A model generated the notes under the pieces. That model was not told the DNA's origin, searched no databases, and saw only the letters and a list, made by a program, of their open reading frames with translations. A program made the translations under genes and the position numbers. A stretch of 64,000 bases of DNA from Eledone cirrhosa. Taxonomy: Eukaryota. Below, one piece after another: positions 1-11,756 of this stretch; the first letter of the stretch is position 1, and each line of letters begins with the position of its first letter. The stretch is taken from assembly GCA_964016885.1 (NCBI GenBank), contig OZ024740.1, positions 212,288,001 through 212,352,000 on the forward strand, in the 5' to 3' direction.

Positions 1-1040
1 ATGGCCAGGCCTACCCCGTGGATTCTGTCCTCATCCTTTGCATTGCCCTTCCAGAAGAAGGTGTAGCCTCCTTTCAGTTCTGCTACTGATCCTTCTTCGG
101 TGACTCTAGTCTCGCTGATGGCGGCTATGTCGATCCGGTAGCAAGCTAATTCCCTTGCTATGAGGGCAGTTCTTCTCTGGCCTCAAGGAGGTCTCCCTAT
201 CCATGAGGGTGCACACATTCCATGCACCAAGAATCAAGTTCTTCTTTCTATTATGTTGGTTTTGACCACTTGGAAGGGTAAATCCGCCAGCCGCGGTAGA
301 CTGGCCGGCTTTGTGTGGGACGAGCATTTGGTTAGGGCTCCTTTTATCGCCCCCCTCCCCTCGTGCGAGGGTGAGCAGTGCTCTTCTGAAAAGGGCTGCT
401 CAGTCGCCTGGTGGAACGCCTGATCTCCTCTGTCATCCCAGGGTCAGGAGGAGAACGACTTGCGCATCCAGGCCACCAATGTGTGGGTTTGAGACTGGCA
501 ACTCCCAGAGGTTACCTCCACCTGTTACCTCCACCTCTCGCCCATCGCCGCAGGGCTTTGGGAGTGCACGCTATAGAAGAAACCTGTGCGGGAAAGGTTT
601 ATAGTGGGAGGGCCAGTGCACAATAACGGTCCCACTCACTTGGCCACAGAAGCCAGAATCCGGTGGTACGGAGGACCGTCACGACCATGGATTTCCTTGG
701 CTGCATGGCTGCAATGGATGGCCATGATATCTGTAGTACCTTGCCGTGCCCTAGTGCTCCACACCACTTGCTGTTTGGACCTTCGTGACCATTGGGATGA
801 TGTTGTCCTCCTCCACTCACTCTGCAGGGTCCATTCTTCGCATGCAGGGGTAGGCATCCCCTATCTAACTCACCGGGGGGTTTCAGACCCGTCCGGCTAC
901 CCTCAACCTTGTTCGGCCCGCCAGCCAAGGCGGTTTACCGGGGTGTGGCCGCTGTCGTGGGACCCAATGCAGGACGAGCTGTGCTGAAAAGGGCATGGCT
1001 ATCCCCCCCCCCCTACAGAGGTACATGCCCCTCTCTGACA
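1..1040 (-). mobile_element. RTE-clade LINE, 5' UTR and start of the APE endonuclease (frameshifted; continues beyond the window)
   Basis: ORF 106-327 reads LILGAWNVCTLMDR; after a frameshift it reads RTALIARELACYRIDIAAISETRVTEEG...GYTFFWKG...HGVGLA, the APE N-terminal motifs of RTE elements. A GC-rich leader runs to about 1040. Confidence 0.8.
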
Positions 1041-2889
1041 CCCCAGGCATATACACCCATATATACATACACATACATATGTACATGTGTATATACATGT
1101 TTACACATTTTTGGATGGCCGTTGACTCTTATCACTTCTTCCGCCCTTTGTCAAGTTTTGCTTTTTGTGCTGCAGGGTGTCCAAAATCACCCTCCTCACC
1201 AAGTAAACTTGGTGGGGTTGCCAGTTTAGTCACCGACGACCCGACCATGCGACAGGCTGTACTGGTTTACATGCTAACAGTAGCACTCAAGAGTGACCTG
1301 ACACCATTTATATATATATATAATCATTAAAACACCAAAGAGAACTGCTATAAAATGCAACCTCGTAGGAAGCTAGCATTTCATTTTTATATTTCAAGTA
1401 GGACATCATCATCATTATCATCAACATCATCATCATTATCATCATCAAGATGATGATGATCATCATCAGCATTGCCATTTTACATCTGTTTTTCCATGCT
1501 TCCATGTGTTGGGTCGGTCTTTACCAGTACATCTCCCTCACTCAATGCAGTCCTTTATGAACTCAACTGTGGAGATTCAGTGACTTGTGATCAGCCTTCA
1601 CAATCATTACCCAGGTCTTTCTTCACCTATTTCTACTGTTTCTTTTTCACCCATCGATCACAAACCACATTACAGCATGGACTGAGTGTATTTCATCATG
1701 CCACCAGCACTAGAGAGGTTGTCTGACTCAACTGAAGATTCCTCACTACCTTGTGTCAGTTTTAGTTTATAGTGATTGCTCTCTTAGATAGGTTGCTTTT
1801 GGAGCCCATCTCAACAGCATGTAGTCTTATTTATTTGGAGGGACTGCTCTCCTAGATGGGCTGCTTTGTTCATGGCTTACAGAGCTCACATCTATTGTAG
1901 GCATGTTGGGCAGTACTGAGATAGCTACATTGATTGCATGGCAGCTATATGACTCAAGAAAAGAAGGATCAAAGAATTCAATGAATTCAACCTAGAATTC
2001 AATGATGCAAATAACCTACTCATTTGAAACACTTCAGGAAAGTGGCTAACCACTTGATCACCTACCAATCAGGTGAGCCTGCAAGCCAGATATACTTCAT
2101 GTTTGTTAGAAAATGGTTTAGACAGATGGTTAGTGTGAAAAGGGTTAAATTTTAATACCTTACATAGCCACAAGGCCACAAATGCTGGGGATGAAACAGT
2201 AGATTGTATGGACATTAGTATTCACTGATCTCAAATGATCGTTCTCTCCCCTGCTTATTAATTTTTCAACCCCTCTGCTTATCAGATTTTACTAATCTAT
2301 CTCCAGCGAAATTTTATTTTTAGTGGTAACGTTCCTGCAACAATTGATTTTCTTTTGACATTAAAACTATATATGACAAAAAAAGTACATTACAAGAAAT
2401 ATCATACATTATAAAATAAATTGGATGGGTTGGGGTCCCAAAATGTAAACTAACCAACTAATTGTGTTTTTTTTTCTAAATATTAAGGGAGACGACCTAG
2501 AAAACTTTTCCAACCTCACTGCTTTTTCCATTCCCACTCCCATATTATTTGGGTCCTGAGAGTAGATATATGTGTGTTCAGAAAGACAAGGGGTTTGGGG
2601 CTTTATGGAAGTTATACCATTTATCTCAATTCATATATAGTTTTAATCTTTCTAATATTTTTAATTTCATGTTAAAGTGTATTTCACCCGCCAACTGCTT
2701 GGGACCCGAGGTTACTTAACTTCTAATTTATTTTATCAACAATGGAAGGAGGAAACTTTAATTGATACTAAAATATGTCAAGCACATTCAAAGAAAAAAA
2801 GGTCCTCACGCTGCATAACATGCTTAAATTTTTTGTTTTCTGCTTCCCTTCCAGTGAGGTATATTTGTTGCCTAGCTCCTCTCTTAGCC

Positions 2890-3375
2890 TTCTAGTAAAC
2901 TTCTCTACTACCCCCCTTTTGCCTTTCCTTCCAAGCCTGTCTTTCAGCCTTAATTATCTCATCTACTTGACTATTCCACCACCAAGTCACTCTCCATCTC
3001 CCTAGAGACCTGCTCCTACCACAGATTTCATTTGTTGCCTTCAGTAGGTTATCTTTCAGAAACTCCCACTGTTCCTCTATATGGTATGTCTCTATTTGCT
3101 CTTCCTTAGTGTCAAAGTTGTCAATTAACATACTTCTAAATTTGTTACTGGTTGATGGGTCTTTTAACTTCCATATTCTTTTCCTCCAGATTGTCTTCTG
3201 TTACCAGGTTTTTCTAGCCGTGACTATAAGGTTGCTAACTTGCTAACTATAAAGTTATGTTGGGAGGTACATTCTTCACCAGGGAGGTACTTAGTGGTCA
3301 CAACATTCACTCTGTCTTGTCGTCTGGTAGGAATGAAATCTATCTGGCTAGAGTGCTCACCTGATCGGTGGGTTT
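2890..3375 (-). mobile_element. RTE LINE internal fragment (end of EN and linker)
   Basis: EEQWEFLKDNLLKATNEICG...TWWWNSQVDEIIK; same family as 47025-49678. Confidence 0.75.
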
Positions 3376-3889
3376 TTTAAGTCAATGTTATAGAAAAAAA
3401 TTTGATAGTTAGTAATTGTTTGTAAACAGCTCTGAATATATTACTACTTTACTACATTACTACTTCATGTTAATCTGACATTTCTGCTGTAATTTTAAGG
3501 TGGGGCTGAGTTTAAACTGATAATAGCTTGAAGTTTGTTGACATATTCATAGCATAAGTCATTGTTGTCACCAAGCACCTTCTTAATCTTCTTTTTCTTT
3601 TTCTTTTTCTTTTTCTTTTTTATCTTTTTCTTTTTCATTTTCATTTTCATTTTCATTTTCATTTTCTTTTTCTTTTTCTTTTTCAACAAGTAGGTTGGTG
3701 TGGAGTGGATTATTGGATTGCTGCTATGACATATGTCATGATTTCGTTATTAAGAGAGGGGGAGAAGAGAGGTGGGGAGGGAAGGGAACAGCGAGAGAGA
3801 GGGGGACAGTGATGGATAGAAAGGGGGAGTTAGAGGGGCAGAGGAGGAGAGAGTAAAGGACAAGGGGAGAGGGGGGGATAGAGAAATGA

Positions 3890-4030
3890 TAAGAATTGAC
3901 CCCAGTATTTAACTGGTACTTTATCAATCCTGAAAGGATAAAAAGCAAAGTTAGCCCCTATACGATTTGAAATCAAAGAGCAAAAAGTTAGAATGAATAC
4001 CACAATATTCTAATGATTCCCAATTTGCCA
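3890..4030 (-). mobile_element. Degenerate Nin/Deu-core SINE
   Basis: The reverse complement resembles the TTTGCCTTTCATCC...GATAAA...GTACCAG core of the copies at 19149 and 28113. Confidence 0.5.
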
Positions 4031-4183
4031 CCCTCTCTCCTTCCCCCTTTCTTTCTCTAGTAATCCTTGCTCTTCCCCTCCTTTTTCTCTCATTTACAAT
4101 GTGCAACCAACAATGCTATAGTTTGTAAAATGTGATAAAGAATTAAAAAATAAATTGCTCAATTTTATTTTTTATTTTTCCAG

Positions 4184-4399
4184 AATCAGCATAGTCACAT
4201 GAAAGAAATGATTGCAGATAACATTTGCATCCCAAAGTCAGAATCATTGCAACAGCGGAATAAAGACATTGGAGAGATAATTGCGAAACAACAGAACAAT
4301 GATAATTTGGTAAACCAGTTAAAGATGATTATAGAGGAAAAAGACAAAAAGTTGAAACACCTTGAAAACCAAATTACTGAGTCTTATTTTAACAGTTAA
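4184..4399 (+). CDS. Probable host coding exon, coiled-coil segment ending in a stop codon
   Basis: Strong acceptor ttttatttttttatttttccag at 4162-4183, then an open frame NQHSHMKEMIADN...LVNQLKMIIEEKDKKLKHLENQITESYFNS*. Heptad-like pattern and no TE motif. Confidence 0.45.
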   Translation, partial: NQHSHMKEMIADNICIPKSESLQQRNKDIGEIIAKQQNNDNLVNQLKMIIEEKDKKLKHLENQITESYFNS

Positions 4400-4727
4400 A
4401 CTGTAAGGACAACATAATGTCATCTTAGTATTTAACAGGTTGGGTGGATCCTTCAGTTGTGCCAAGAACATAACAACCTCTCTAGTGTTTGGTTATCTAC
4501 ACAAGAAAGGCACCCAGTGCATGCAGTAAAGTAGTTGGTGATAGGAAGGGCATCCAGCCACAGAAAACTTGCCAAACAAAGAGTTGTAGCTTGCTTGAAG
4601 CATTGTGTAAAGATATATAGATATATGCATGTAAAAGCTAAACAGAAATAGCAAAAATAACAAAACCACACTGTGCATATGTATGTATATATAGAGAGAG
4701 AGAGAGGTAGATATATATGTGTTTATC

Positions 4728-5090
4728 ACCATCATCATCACTGGTTAATGTCCATTTTTCTACATTGACATGGGTTAGATGAGTTATCCTATTGTGAGCA
4801 ATGCCAGGTCAGGTGACCATGTCTTGATCATACAGAACCGATTTTGTCTTGGTTTCTACAGCTGGATGCCCTTCCTAGTATCAACCTCATTTACAGTGAG
4901 TACTGGGTGCTTTTTGATATGACACCTACAGTGTGGACTGGGTGCTTTTTGCCATGACACCTAAACAACCACTTTACAGTATGGGCTGGGTGCTTTTTGT
5001 CATGACACCTACACGGCCACTTTACAGTGGGTGGGGGTGGGGGCATACTGTCTATATGCTTCAGCTTCGGCTTGTATCCATGGAAAATCA
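4728..5090 (-). mobile_element. RTE 3' UTR / RTE-mobilised SINE-like fragment with internal ~40-45 bp repeats
   Basis: AGGAAGGGCATCCAGCTGTAGAAAC core, (GAT)n tail and repeated AAAAAGCACCCAG...CACTGTA units; homologous to 6200-6510 and 8640-8935. Confidence 0.7.
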
Positions 5091-5509
5091 ATTAAAAAGA
5101 TATATTAAAGTGTACTAACCATCCTATTATAACTATAACATCTGGACATAGTCAAATTAGAGTATGTTTCATTATAAAAAGATATGTCAGGTTAAATTTT
5201 GTTTGTGTGAATCAAATGTGCAAACAAAAATAAATACCAAAGTATTCTGCTACATCTCTATATATGTATGCCAGTTGACTTTAGGTTCGAGTAGATAGCA
5301 GTAAGAAAATTCTTATTGCAAGATGCAGTGATTTCACCTTGAACTATGAACATTATACTCTTTCTGATGAAGTGCAATATTTTATGTAATGCTTGCAATT
5401 GAGCATAGTTAGCGCTCATAGACTGATATTGTACAGAAACATACATTTTTCTCTTCGAATCTTTACTTCTTGCCTAGTCATTTGTTTTTTCTGGTACTAT
5501 ACCTTTAAC

Positions 5510-5560
<51 letters not shown>

Positions 5561-5599
5561 CTGTAGAAATGAGATGATAGGGACTGGGGTCCCTATCAT

Positions 5600-5768
5600 T
5601 CCACTGCAAAGTGGTCGTGGAGGTGCCACAGCAAAAAAGCACCCAGCACTCACTGTAAATGAGGTTGGTGTTAGGAAGGGCATCCAGCTGTAGAAATCAA
5701 GCCAGAATCAGTTCCCGTCCCACCCTTGCAAGCAGGGAAAAGCGGACGTAAAAATGAAATGATGATGA
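5600..5768 (+). mobile_element. Same RTE-tail/SINE family, forward copy
   Basis: AAAAAAGCACCCAGCACTCACTGTAAATGAGGTTGGTGTTAGGAAGGGCATCCAGCTG...GGACGTAAAA followed by a (GAT)n-like tail. Confidence 0.7.
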
Positions 5769-5784
5769 AATGATATATATATAT

Positions 5785-6117
5785 ATACTATAAGGATAAG
5801 GGACAAGGATTCAGTGTTGCATCATAACATATTTAATAACATATTACATATGTTTCCCTATCGATCAGCTTGAGGCAAGACATATTATAGATCGAACCTG
5901 ACTCTGAATTGAAAGGTCATCAGAAATTCTTAATATATGAATTCATCTCCGGAGACAAATTCATATACTAAGCATTTCTGATGATCTTTCAATTACAGAG
6001 TCAGGTTCGATCTATAATAGGTCTTGCCTCAAGCTGATCGATAGTGAAACATATGTAATATGTTATTAAATATGTTATGATGCAACACTGAATCCTTATT
6101 CCTTATCCTTATAGTAT
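5785..6117. repeat. Spacer-less palindrome, ~165 bp arms, with a degenerate hammerhead in each arm
   Basis: Arms are reverse complements around TCTCCGGAGA (5946-5955). CTGATGA...GAAAC-ATAT-GTA lies at 5978-6057 and is mirrored in the left arm. Confidence 0.9.
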
Positions 6118-6199
6118 TATACTCTGCTCTGTGCTAGCATTGAGTGCTCAACTGGCATACCGCCTATGGATGCATTTTTCATGCAACCATAGAACTATA

Positions 6200-6812
6200 T
6201 CATCATCATCATCATCACCGTTTTACGTCCGTTCTTCCAGGCTAGCATGCGTTAGAGGGGTTGTCCTGTTGTGGGCAGTGTCCAGTCAGCTGACCTTGTC
6301 TTGCTCATAAAGGAACTGATTCTGGCTTGATTTCTACAGCTGGATGCCCTTCCTAACACCAACCTCATTTACAGTGAGTGCTGGGTGCTTTTTTTCCATG
6401 GCCCATTCACATCCACATTACAGTGTGGGCTGGGTGCTTTTTTGCCGTGGCACCTCCATGACCACTTTGCAGTGGAGGGCATATTGTCTATATGCTTCAG
6501 CTTCGGCTTGTTCCTGTGAGGGCTCGAGTTTTCTGTATTACTGTGTGACGCCAGAGGTCACGGTCGTGTGTCATTGCCCTTGAGAGGTGCAATTGGGTAA
6601 GGTCGGCCTTTATCACCTCATCCCAGGTTTTCTTGGATCTCCCCACTCTGCGGCTTCCATCGACTTCTATTGCTCTGCACCTTTTTATGCAGCTGTCATC
6701 CTTCATACGCATCACATGTCTATACCAACGCAATCTCTTCTCCTGCACACAGCATTTGATTCCTCTTATGCTCAGTCTCTCTCTCAATTTGTTTACACTT
6801 TGCCGTTCGCGT
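6200..6812 (-). mobile_element. RTE LINE 3' end (ORF C-terminus, long 3' UTR, (GAT)n tail)
   Basis: LRERLSIRGIKCCVQEKRLRWYRHVMRM...GRSKKTWDEVIKADL in ORF 6497-6931, contiguous with the 3' UTR. Confidence 0.85.
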
Positions 6813-6849
6813 ATATTACTATTACTGTATATATATATATATTTATATA

Positions 6850-7295
6850 TCATCATCATCATAATTTTTACGTCTACTTTACTATGCTTGCATGGGTTGG
6901 ACAGGTCCTTCTCAGCACAGCATCTCTCCACTTTTCGTGTTCCTTCATCATCTCCTGTACCAGTCTTAGCTATTTGAGGTCAGCTCTCACAGCCTCCGCC
7001 CAGCTCTTTCTTGGTCGTCATCAATTTTGGCTTCTTTCCACTGGGATTTCCTGGCATTTCTTCAACCATCGGTCATTGTCCATGTGCATTACTTGTCCAC
7101 ACCAGCTTGGATTCCCCTTAAGCCCTCAGCCTGTCCAAGCTCTGCTTTTCTCTCACATTTACATAACATATCCAACGAAACATGGTTGTGTCATTTCTTT
7201 CCAGTCTACACATGTCCTCTGCAGTCACAGCCCATGTTTCACCACCACGGAGCATTGCACACTGCACACAGGCATCATAAAGCCTTCCTTTTGTA
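6850..7295 (-). mobile_element. RTE LINE 3' fragment, second subfamily
   Basis: The minus strand encodes decayed LxWCGQVMHM...RPRKSWAE motifs and ends ACGTAAAAATTATGATGATG. Confidence 0.65.
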
Positions 7296-7299
7296 TGTA

Positions 7300-8295
7300 T
7301 GGGTAAATTGGGACTATTTAAATATCTTGTTTATGCCAATTTATTGTGGAGTGTTTAGCAACTATTTCAGTTCAACGTGACCACTATTCACCTTCTTTCC
7401 CAGTTCAATCCATTTACGAAATGATGTGCATGCTTTAACTATTTCTTCCTTTTTCATTTTACCGAATGCTCGCTTGATCGAAGCCTTCAATGTAGTCACA
7501 CAGTTGTGAGAAGTTGCATTGGATATTGCTCCAACTGTGTCCCATAGCCAAAAATCACACGGATTCAAATCTGGCGTGCTAGAGGACCAGATATCTTTAG
7601 AGATAAACATAGGCAATTCCTTCTTCAAAAATCCGTGAACTCTTTTTGAAGAATCAGCGGGCATGGTGTCCTGTACAAACTGGCATCATAATGCTTTCTA
7701 ATCCAAGACAACAAAACTTCTTCTAAGATTTTGAGATACTGTGCTGATTTTAAGACCCAGTTCAATAAAATGAGGAGGCATCAATTTCCCATCACTTGCA
7801 ACAGCTCCAAATGGAAGCCGGATTTTTGCTATGCATAGCTGAAGGAACTTGAGAAGGGTCTATGCTATCACTCATGAGTTTGACTGCTTGCATCTTCATC
7901 TACCACAAACTTCTTTTCATCCAAGATGATGCGGATATCTCCACCACAATGTTTCATATGACTAAGAAGTTTTGGACATCTTTCAGCTTAAATAGCTTTG
8001 GAGCGCGTACTTAAGATGTTATGGTGTCTCTCCACACACAATTTTATATGGAGCTTTTGTCTCACACCCTAGAAACTGATTCCTCAATCTTGAGCCAACT
8101 TTGCTATCGATTTTGATGGGTTTGATCTTTTAAGTCCTACTAAGAAACAAGGTGTGCATTTTCGGTCAATGCAAGGACTGTGAGGCTTTCTCTAAACATC
8201 CTGAATTTTCTTCAAATTGGCTATAACTCTAAAAACAGTAGATTTGGCATACTTTTGCCAGTGCAGATTAATGCAGCAATTATACTTCTAGGGTT
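7300..8295 (-). mobile_element. Tc1/mariner-superfamily transposase pseudogene, probably DD37D/maT type
   Basis: DEKKFVVD near 7920, QD near 7670 and WSSSTPDLNPCDFWLW (third catalytic residue D) in ORF 7362-7664. Confidence 0.75.
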
Positions 8296-8309
8296 TAATT
8301 ATTTATTAA

Positions 8310-8935
8310 GACTTATGTAGATTGGAAAACAATGAAGCTTGCAAACTCCGATGGATATGTGAATGGTGAATCATAATTGAACTGAGAGAGAAACTAGGCA
8401 TAAGAGGAATCAGATGCAGTGTGCCGGAGAGGAGATTGTGTTGGTGTGGACATGTAATGCATATGAAGAATGGGAGCTGTATAAAAAGGTGCAGAGCACT
8501 GAGTTGATGGGGGTTGTGGAGTGGGAGACCCAAGAAAATTTCAGACGAGGTGATAAAAGCTGATCCCGCCCAATTGCACCTCTCAAAGGCGATGACACAG
8601 GACCAAGATCTCTGGTGTTTCATAGTAATACAGAAGACCTGATTTCCCACAGGCAAAGGCCATACTTGAAGCATATATATAGTATGTATCACCCCACCCA
8701 ACTCCCATACATCTCCCATGAGGACAAGCTGAAGTTACATCCAGTGAAGCCTCTAGCCCACACTGTAAAGTAGTCATGTAGGTGTCATGACAACAAGTGC
8801 CAGCCCACACTGTAAAGTGGTTGTGTATGGCAAAAGGACCCAGTCCATACTATAAAGTGGTTGTGTTGGTGTCATGCCAAAAAGCACCCAGTACTCACTG
8901 TAAATGAGGTTGACGCTAGGAAGGGCATCCAGCTG
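8310..8935 (+). mobile_element. RTE LINE 3' end with expanded 3' UTR repeats
   Basis: Homologous to 6200-6812 in the opposite orientation, with four CACTGTAAAGTGG-type units before AGGAAGGGCATCC. Confidence 0.75.
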
Positions 8936-9051
8936 TGCATGAGGGCATCTATTTGTGCATGAGGACCTTGGATACAAGTCTTTCATGACTTAGGTGTCGT
9001 TTTCCTAAATTTATGCAAATATTCACAACGAATTGAACAACCCTCTATATA

Positions 9052-9228
9052 TGAGGGTGAGCTGAAAAGTTCATAGGCCGACTATAAAGGAGTGATACTA
9101 GAGCTGTGAAATCTTAATAATAACTGTATTGTTTCTTTCTTTCCAGGGATTCTGTTGAAAAATAAACCACATCTGGTCGTTCCATGAGAGTTTCTTTGTC
9201 AGCATATGAATTTTTCAGCCAACCCTTG
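9052..9228. mobile_element. Mariner-type MITE
   Basis: Imperfect TIRs TGAGGGTGAGCTGAAAAGTTCATAGGCCGAC and GTCAGCATATGAATTTTTCAGCCAACCCTTG; preceded by TA. Confidence 0.7.
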
Positions 9229-9544
9229 TGCATACTTATCTTGCAGTAAGAATGCAGTTGATTAAAGTACATTTAAAAAACAAAAAAAAAACAACATTAA
9301 AATGTAAAAGAGTTGTCAGATGAAAAGCAGGAATATGAAAATAAAATAATTCCAATAAATAGTATTGCGTTTCAATTATATTTTATTATAATCAGTTAAA
9401 TGAACATCTCCACAAGATCAGAACGTCAGTAGCCCATCTGAGGAAAGAGCCCCGCAAGGTGGGGAGGCTGTTGCAGCTGGTGTCACAGGCCATTGTCTGC
9501 TGAAATTCTTTTGCGGTCTTGTCCTTGGGGCGTAGCCCCAATAC

Positions 9545-9785
9545 CGCCAAGCCAGCTGGCTTCGATGCAAAGAATCCTCTCAGCTACTGATTTAACTGGT
9601 CTTCATTGGCGAAGGCCTTTGCATTGAATTACTCATTGAGAGAAAGAGGTGATAGTCTGTAGTTGTGTGGTTGGGTGAATATGGCAAGTGGAGCAGAACC
9701 TCCCAATCTAGCTGCAGTAGCTTCTCATTGGTCATTCTTGATGTATGCAGTCGAGTGTTATGATGAAGGAATCAAATAGGACCAT
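9545..9785 (-). mobile_element. Mariner (DD34D) transposase remnant
   Basis: Manual translation gives FLHHNTRLHTS...QLDWEVLLHLPYSPN...DYHLFLSM, a decayed form of HDNARPH...WEVLPHPPYSPDLAPSDYHLF. Confidence 0.7.
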
Positions 9786-10489
9786 GGTGTAGGCACACCT
9801 GTGTGACTTTTGCAGCTAATCTGTCAAGATGTTGGCAATGCACTTGATAGAGGTTATGCTGGTGTTTGGTGGGAGCAGCTCATAGTGAAGGACATTTTCC
9901 AGTCCCACCAGATGCTCAGTAAGGCCTTGCACTGGTAGAGACCAGCCTAAACTTGCCATTGTGGTGCACTCACTTTAACACTCCACAATCGCTTGCTCAT
10001 GACATTAATCCTTTAGCATTTATATTACTCTATATATATATACTTACAGCCAGTTTGAACAGAAAGAGGTAAGCAAATTCTGGCCAGATACAGCCAGTTT
10101 AAATGCTAAATAGACACCATTTTTCATCACCAGTGACAATGGAATAGAGCCAATTGGAGCACAGAGGCATGAGTGACTCACCAGATATGCTGAGTATTAC
10201 AGGCTTACACAATCACATGAAATGCAATACAAGGTTTCAGAGAATTGACATTCATTGTTACTTTCTGTATAAAATATAAATGTACCATGACAATTGAATG
10301 ATTCTCAACACCTAAACTAACTGACCTGTAAACCCTGATTGTTCACTGCTTACATGTTCACATATATTTCTCTCATTTCTTGCCGATAATATTCCCTGAC
10401 AGTATGAAGTAGACAATTGTATAACAATTCAAATTAGATAATACAAAAATATTATGCATTGAAACAAACATTAGAATTACATATATATC

Positions 10490-10818
10490 ATCATCACCAT
10501 CATTGTTTAATGTCCATTTTCCATGGGTTAGACGGGTTGTCCTATTTGAGGCAAGTTGGGTCAGGTGACCATGTCTTACTCATACTGAACTGATTCTGGC
10601 TAGGTTTCTATGGCTGGATGCCCTTCCTAACGCCAACCACATTTACAGTGTATGCTGGGTGCACTATTATCATCGCAGACACACGTCTCCCTAACAAAAA
10701 GCACCCAGCATACACTGTAAATGTGGTTGGCATTAGGAAGGGCATCCAGCCATAGAAACCTAGCCAGAATCAGTTCAGTATGAGTAAGACATGGTCACCT
10801 GACCCAACTTGCCTCAAG
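10490..10818. repeat. SINE/RTE-tail copy with a near-identical inverted duplicate (hairpin, ~115 bp arms)
   Basis: 10547-10662 is the reverse complement of 10701-10817. Confidence 0.85.
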
Positions 10819-11091
10819 ATATGTGTGTAAGAGGCTCAGGCTTTCCTGATGATTTCTTTTGAATGAAACAGTTCTTGTCTTCTGGAAGCCATTTCTATAT
10901 TAAACATAATATATATGTATATATATAGTTGAGAAAAGAAACAAAACAAATACAGGGATACAAAACTACAAAGTCATATTAGGCTCACGCTTAGAGGATG
11001 TGGAGGAGAGTTTGATATTTCGGACAGAAGTCCGTCATCAGGAAAGTATGGATAAGGAGAGTACAGGTAGGTGTGTGTATATATATATAAA

Positions 11092-11755
11092 AGAAGAAAA
11101 TTTCGCTCTACATGGCTGAATACAATAAATGTAATCTGAGTTTTCGAATATTAATAATAACATTCGATTCGTTTGCAATTTTGCAAACAAGCCTCAATTT
11201 TATAGCCATGTCAGTAGAATGAACACTTCATTCTTGCTCTTGTGTTGGTATGCGAACAGAACTGCAGACACTAATGTTTCTGGGTATCACCCTTCATCAG
11301 TACAGCTCACTGTTCACCTGCCAACTGTCAGAGCTAGTGAAAATATATACTATTTTCAAAAATACACAGTGACTAATTGGCCTGATTTGCATATTAGCAT
11401 ATTTGCTGATCAGTCAGATCTGCATATTAGCAGATCCACTGATCAGCTAGATTTGCATATCAGGAGACTAGCCACTCAGTTTCCTGTGTACGAGCGATAA
11501 ATGGCAGGCTTTGCCAAATTCAAATAAAAAAGAAAATTTCGCTCTACATGGCTGAATACAATCTGTTCGCATGCCTACACAAAAGGAAGAATGAAGTGTT
11601 CATTCTACTGACATGGCTATAATATTGAGGCTTGTTTGCAAAATTGCAAACGAATCGAATGTTATTATTAATATTCGAAAACTCAGATTACATTTATTGT
11701 ATTCAACCATATCGAGCGAAATTTCCTTTTTTATTTGAATTTGGCAAAGCTGGCC
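11092..11755. mobile_element. Non-coding hammerhead-bearing unit (~436 bp period) with inverted arm; PLE pLTR or retrozyme-like
   Basis: AGAAAATTTCGCTCTACATGGCTGAATACAAT occurs at 11095 and 11531. 11562-11750 is an inverted copy of 11092-11260 plus 11508-11530. Confidence 0.7.
11261..11306 (-). ncRNA. Type I hammerhead ribozyme candidate
   Basis: GCUGUA-CUGAUGA-A-GGGU(GAU)ACCC-A-GAAAC-AUUAGU-GUC^UGCAGU; 6-bp stem I, near-palindromic stem III. Confidence 0.75.
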
Positions 11756-11756
11756 A

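Noticed and set aside
330-1040. Possible HDV-like ribozyme in the RTE 5' UTR
   Set aside because: I could not assemble the P1/P1.1/P2/P3 double pseudoknot by eye; a motif search would be needed.
8755-8915. CRISPR-like spaced repeats (also at 4890-5030)
   Set aside because: The units are degenerate tandem copies without unique spacers, lie in an RTE 3' UTR in eukaryotic DNA, and no cas genes are present.
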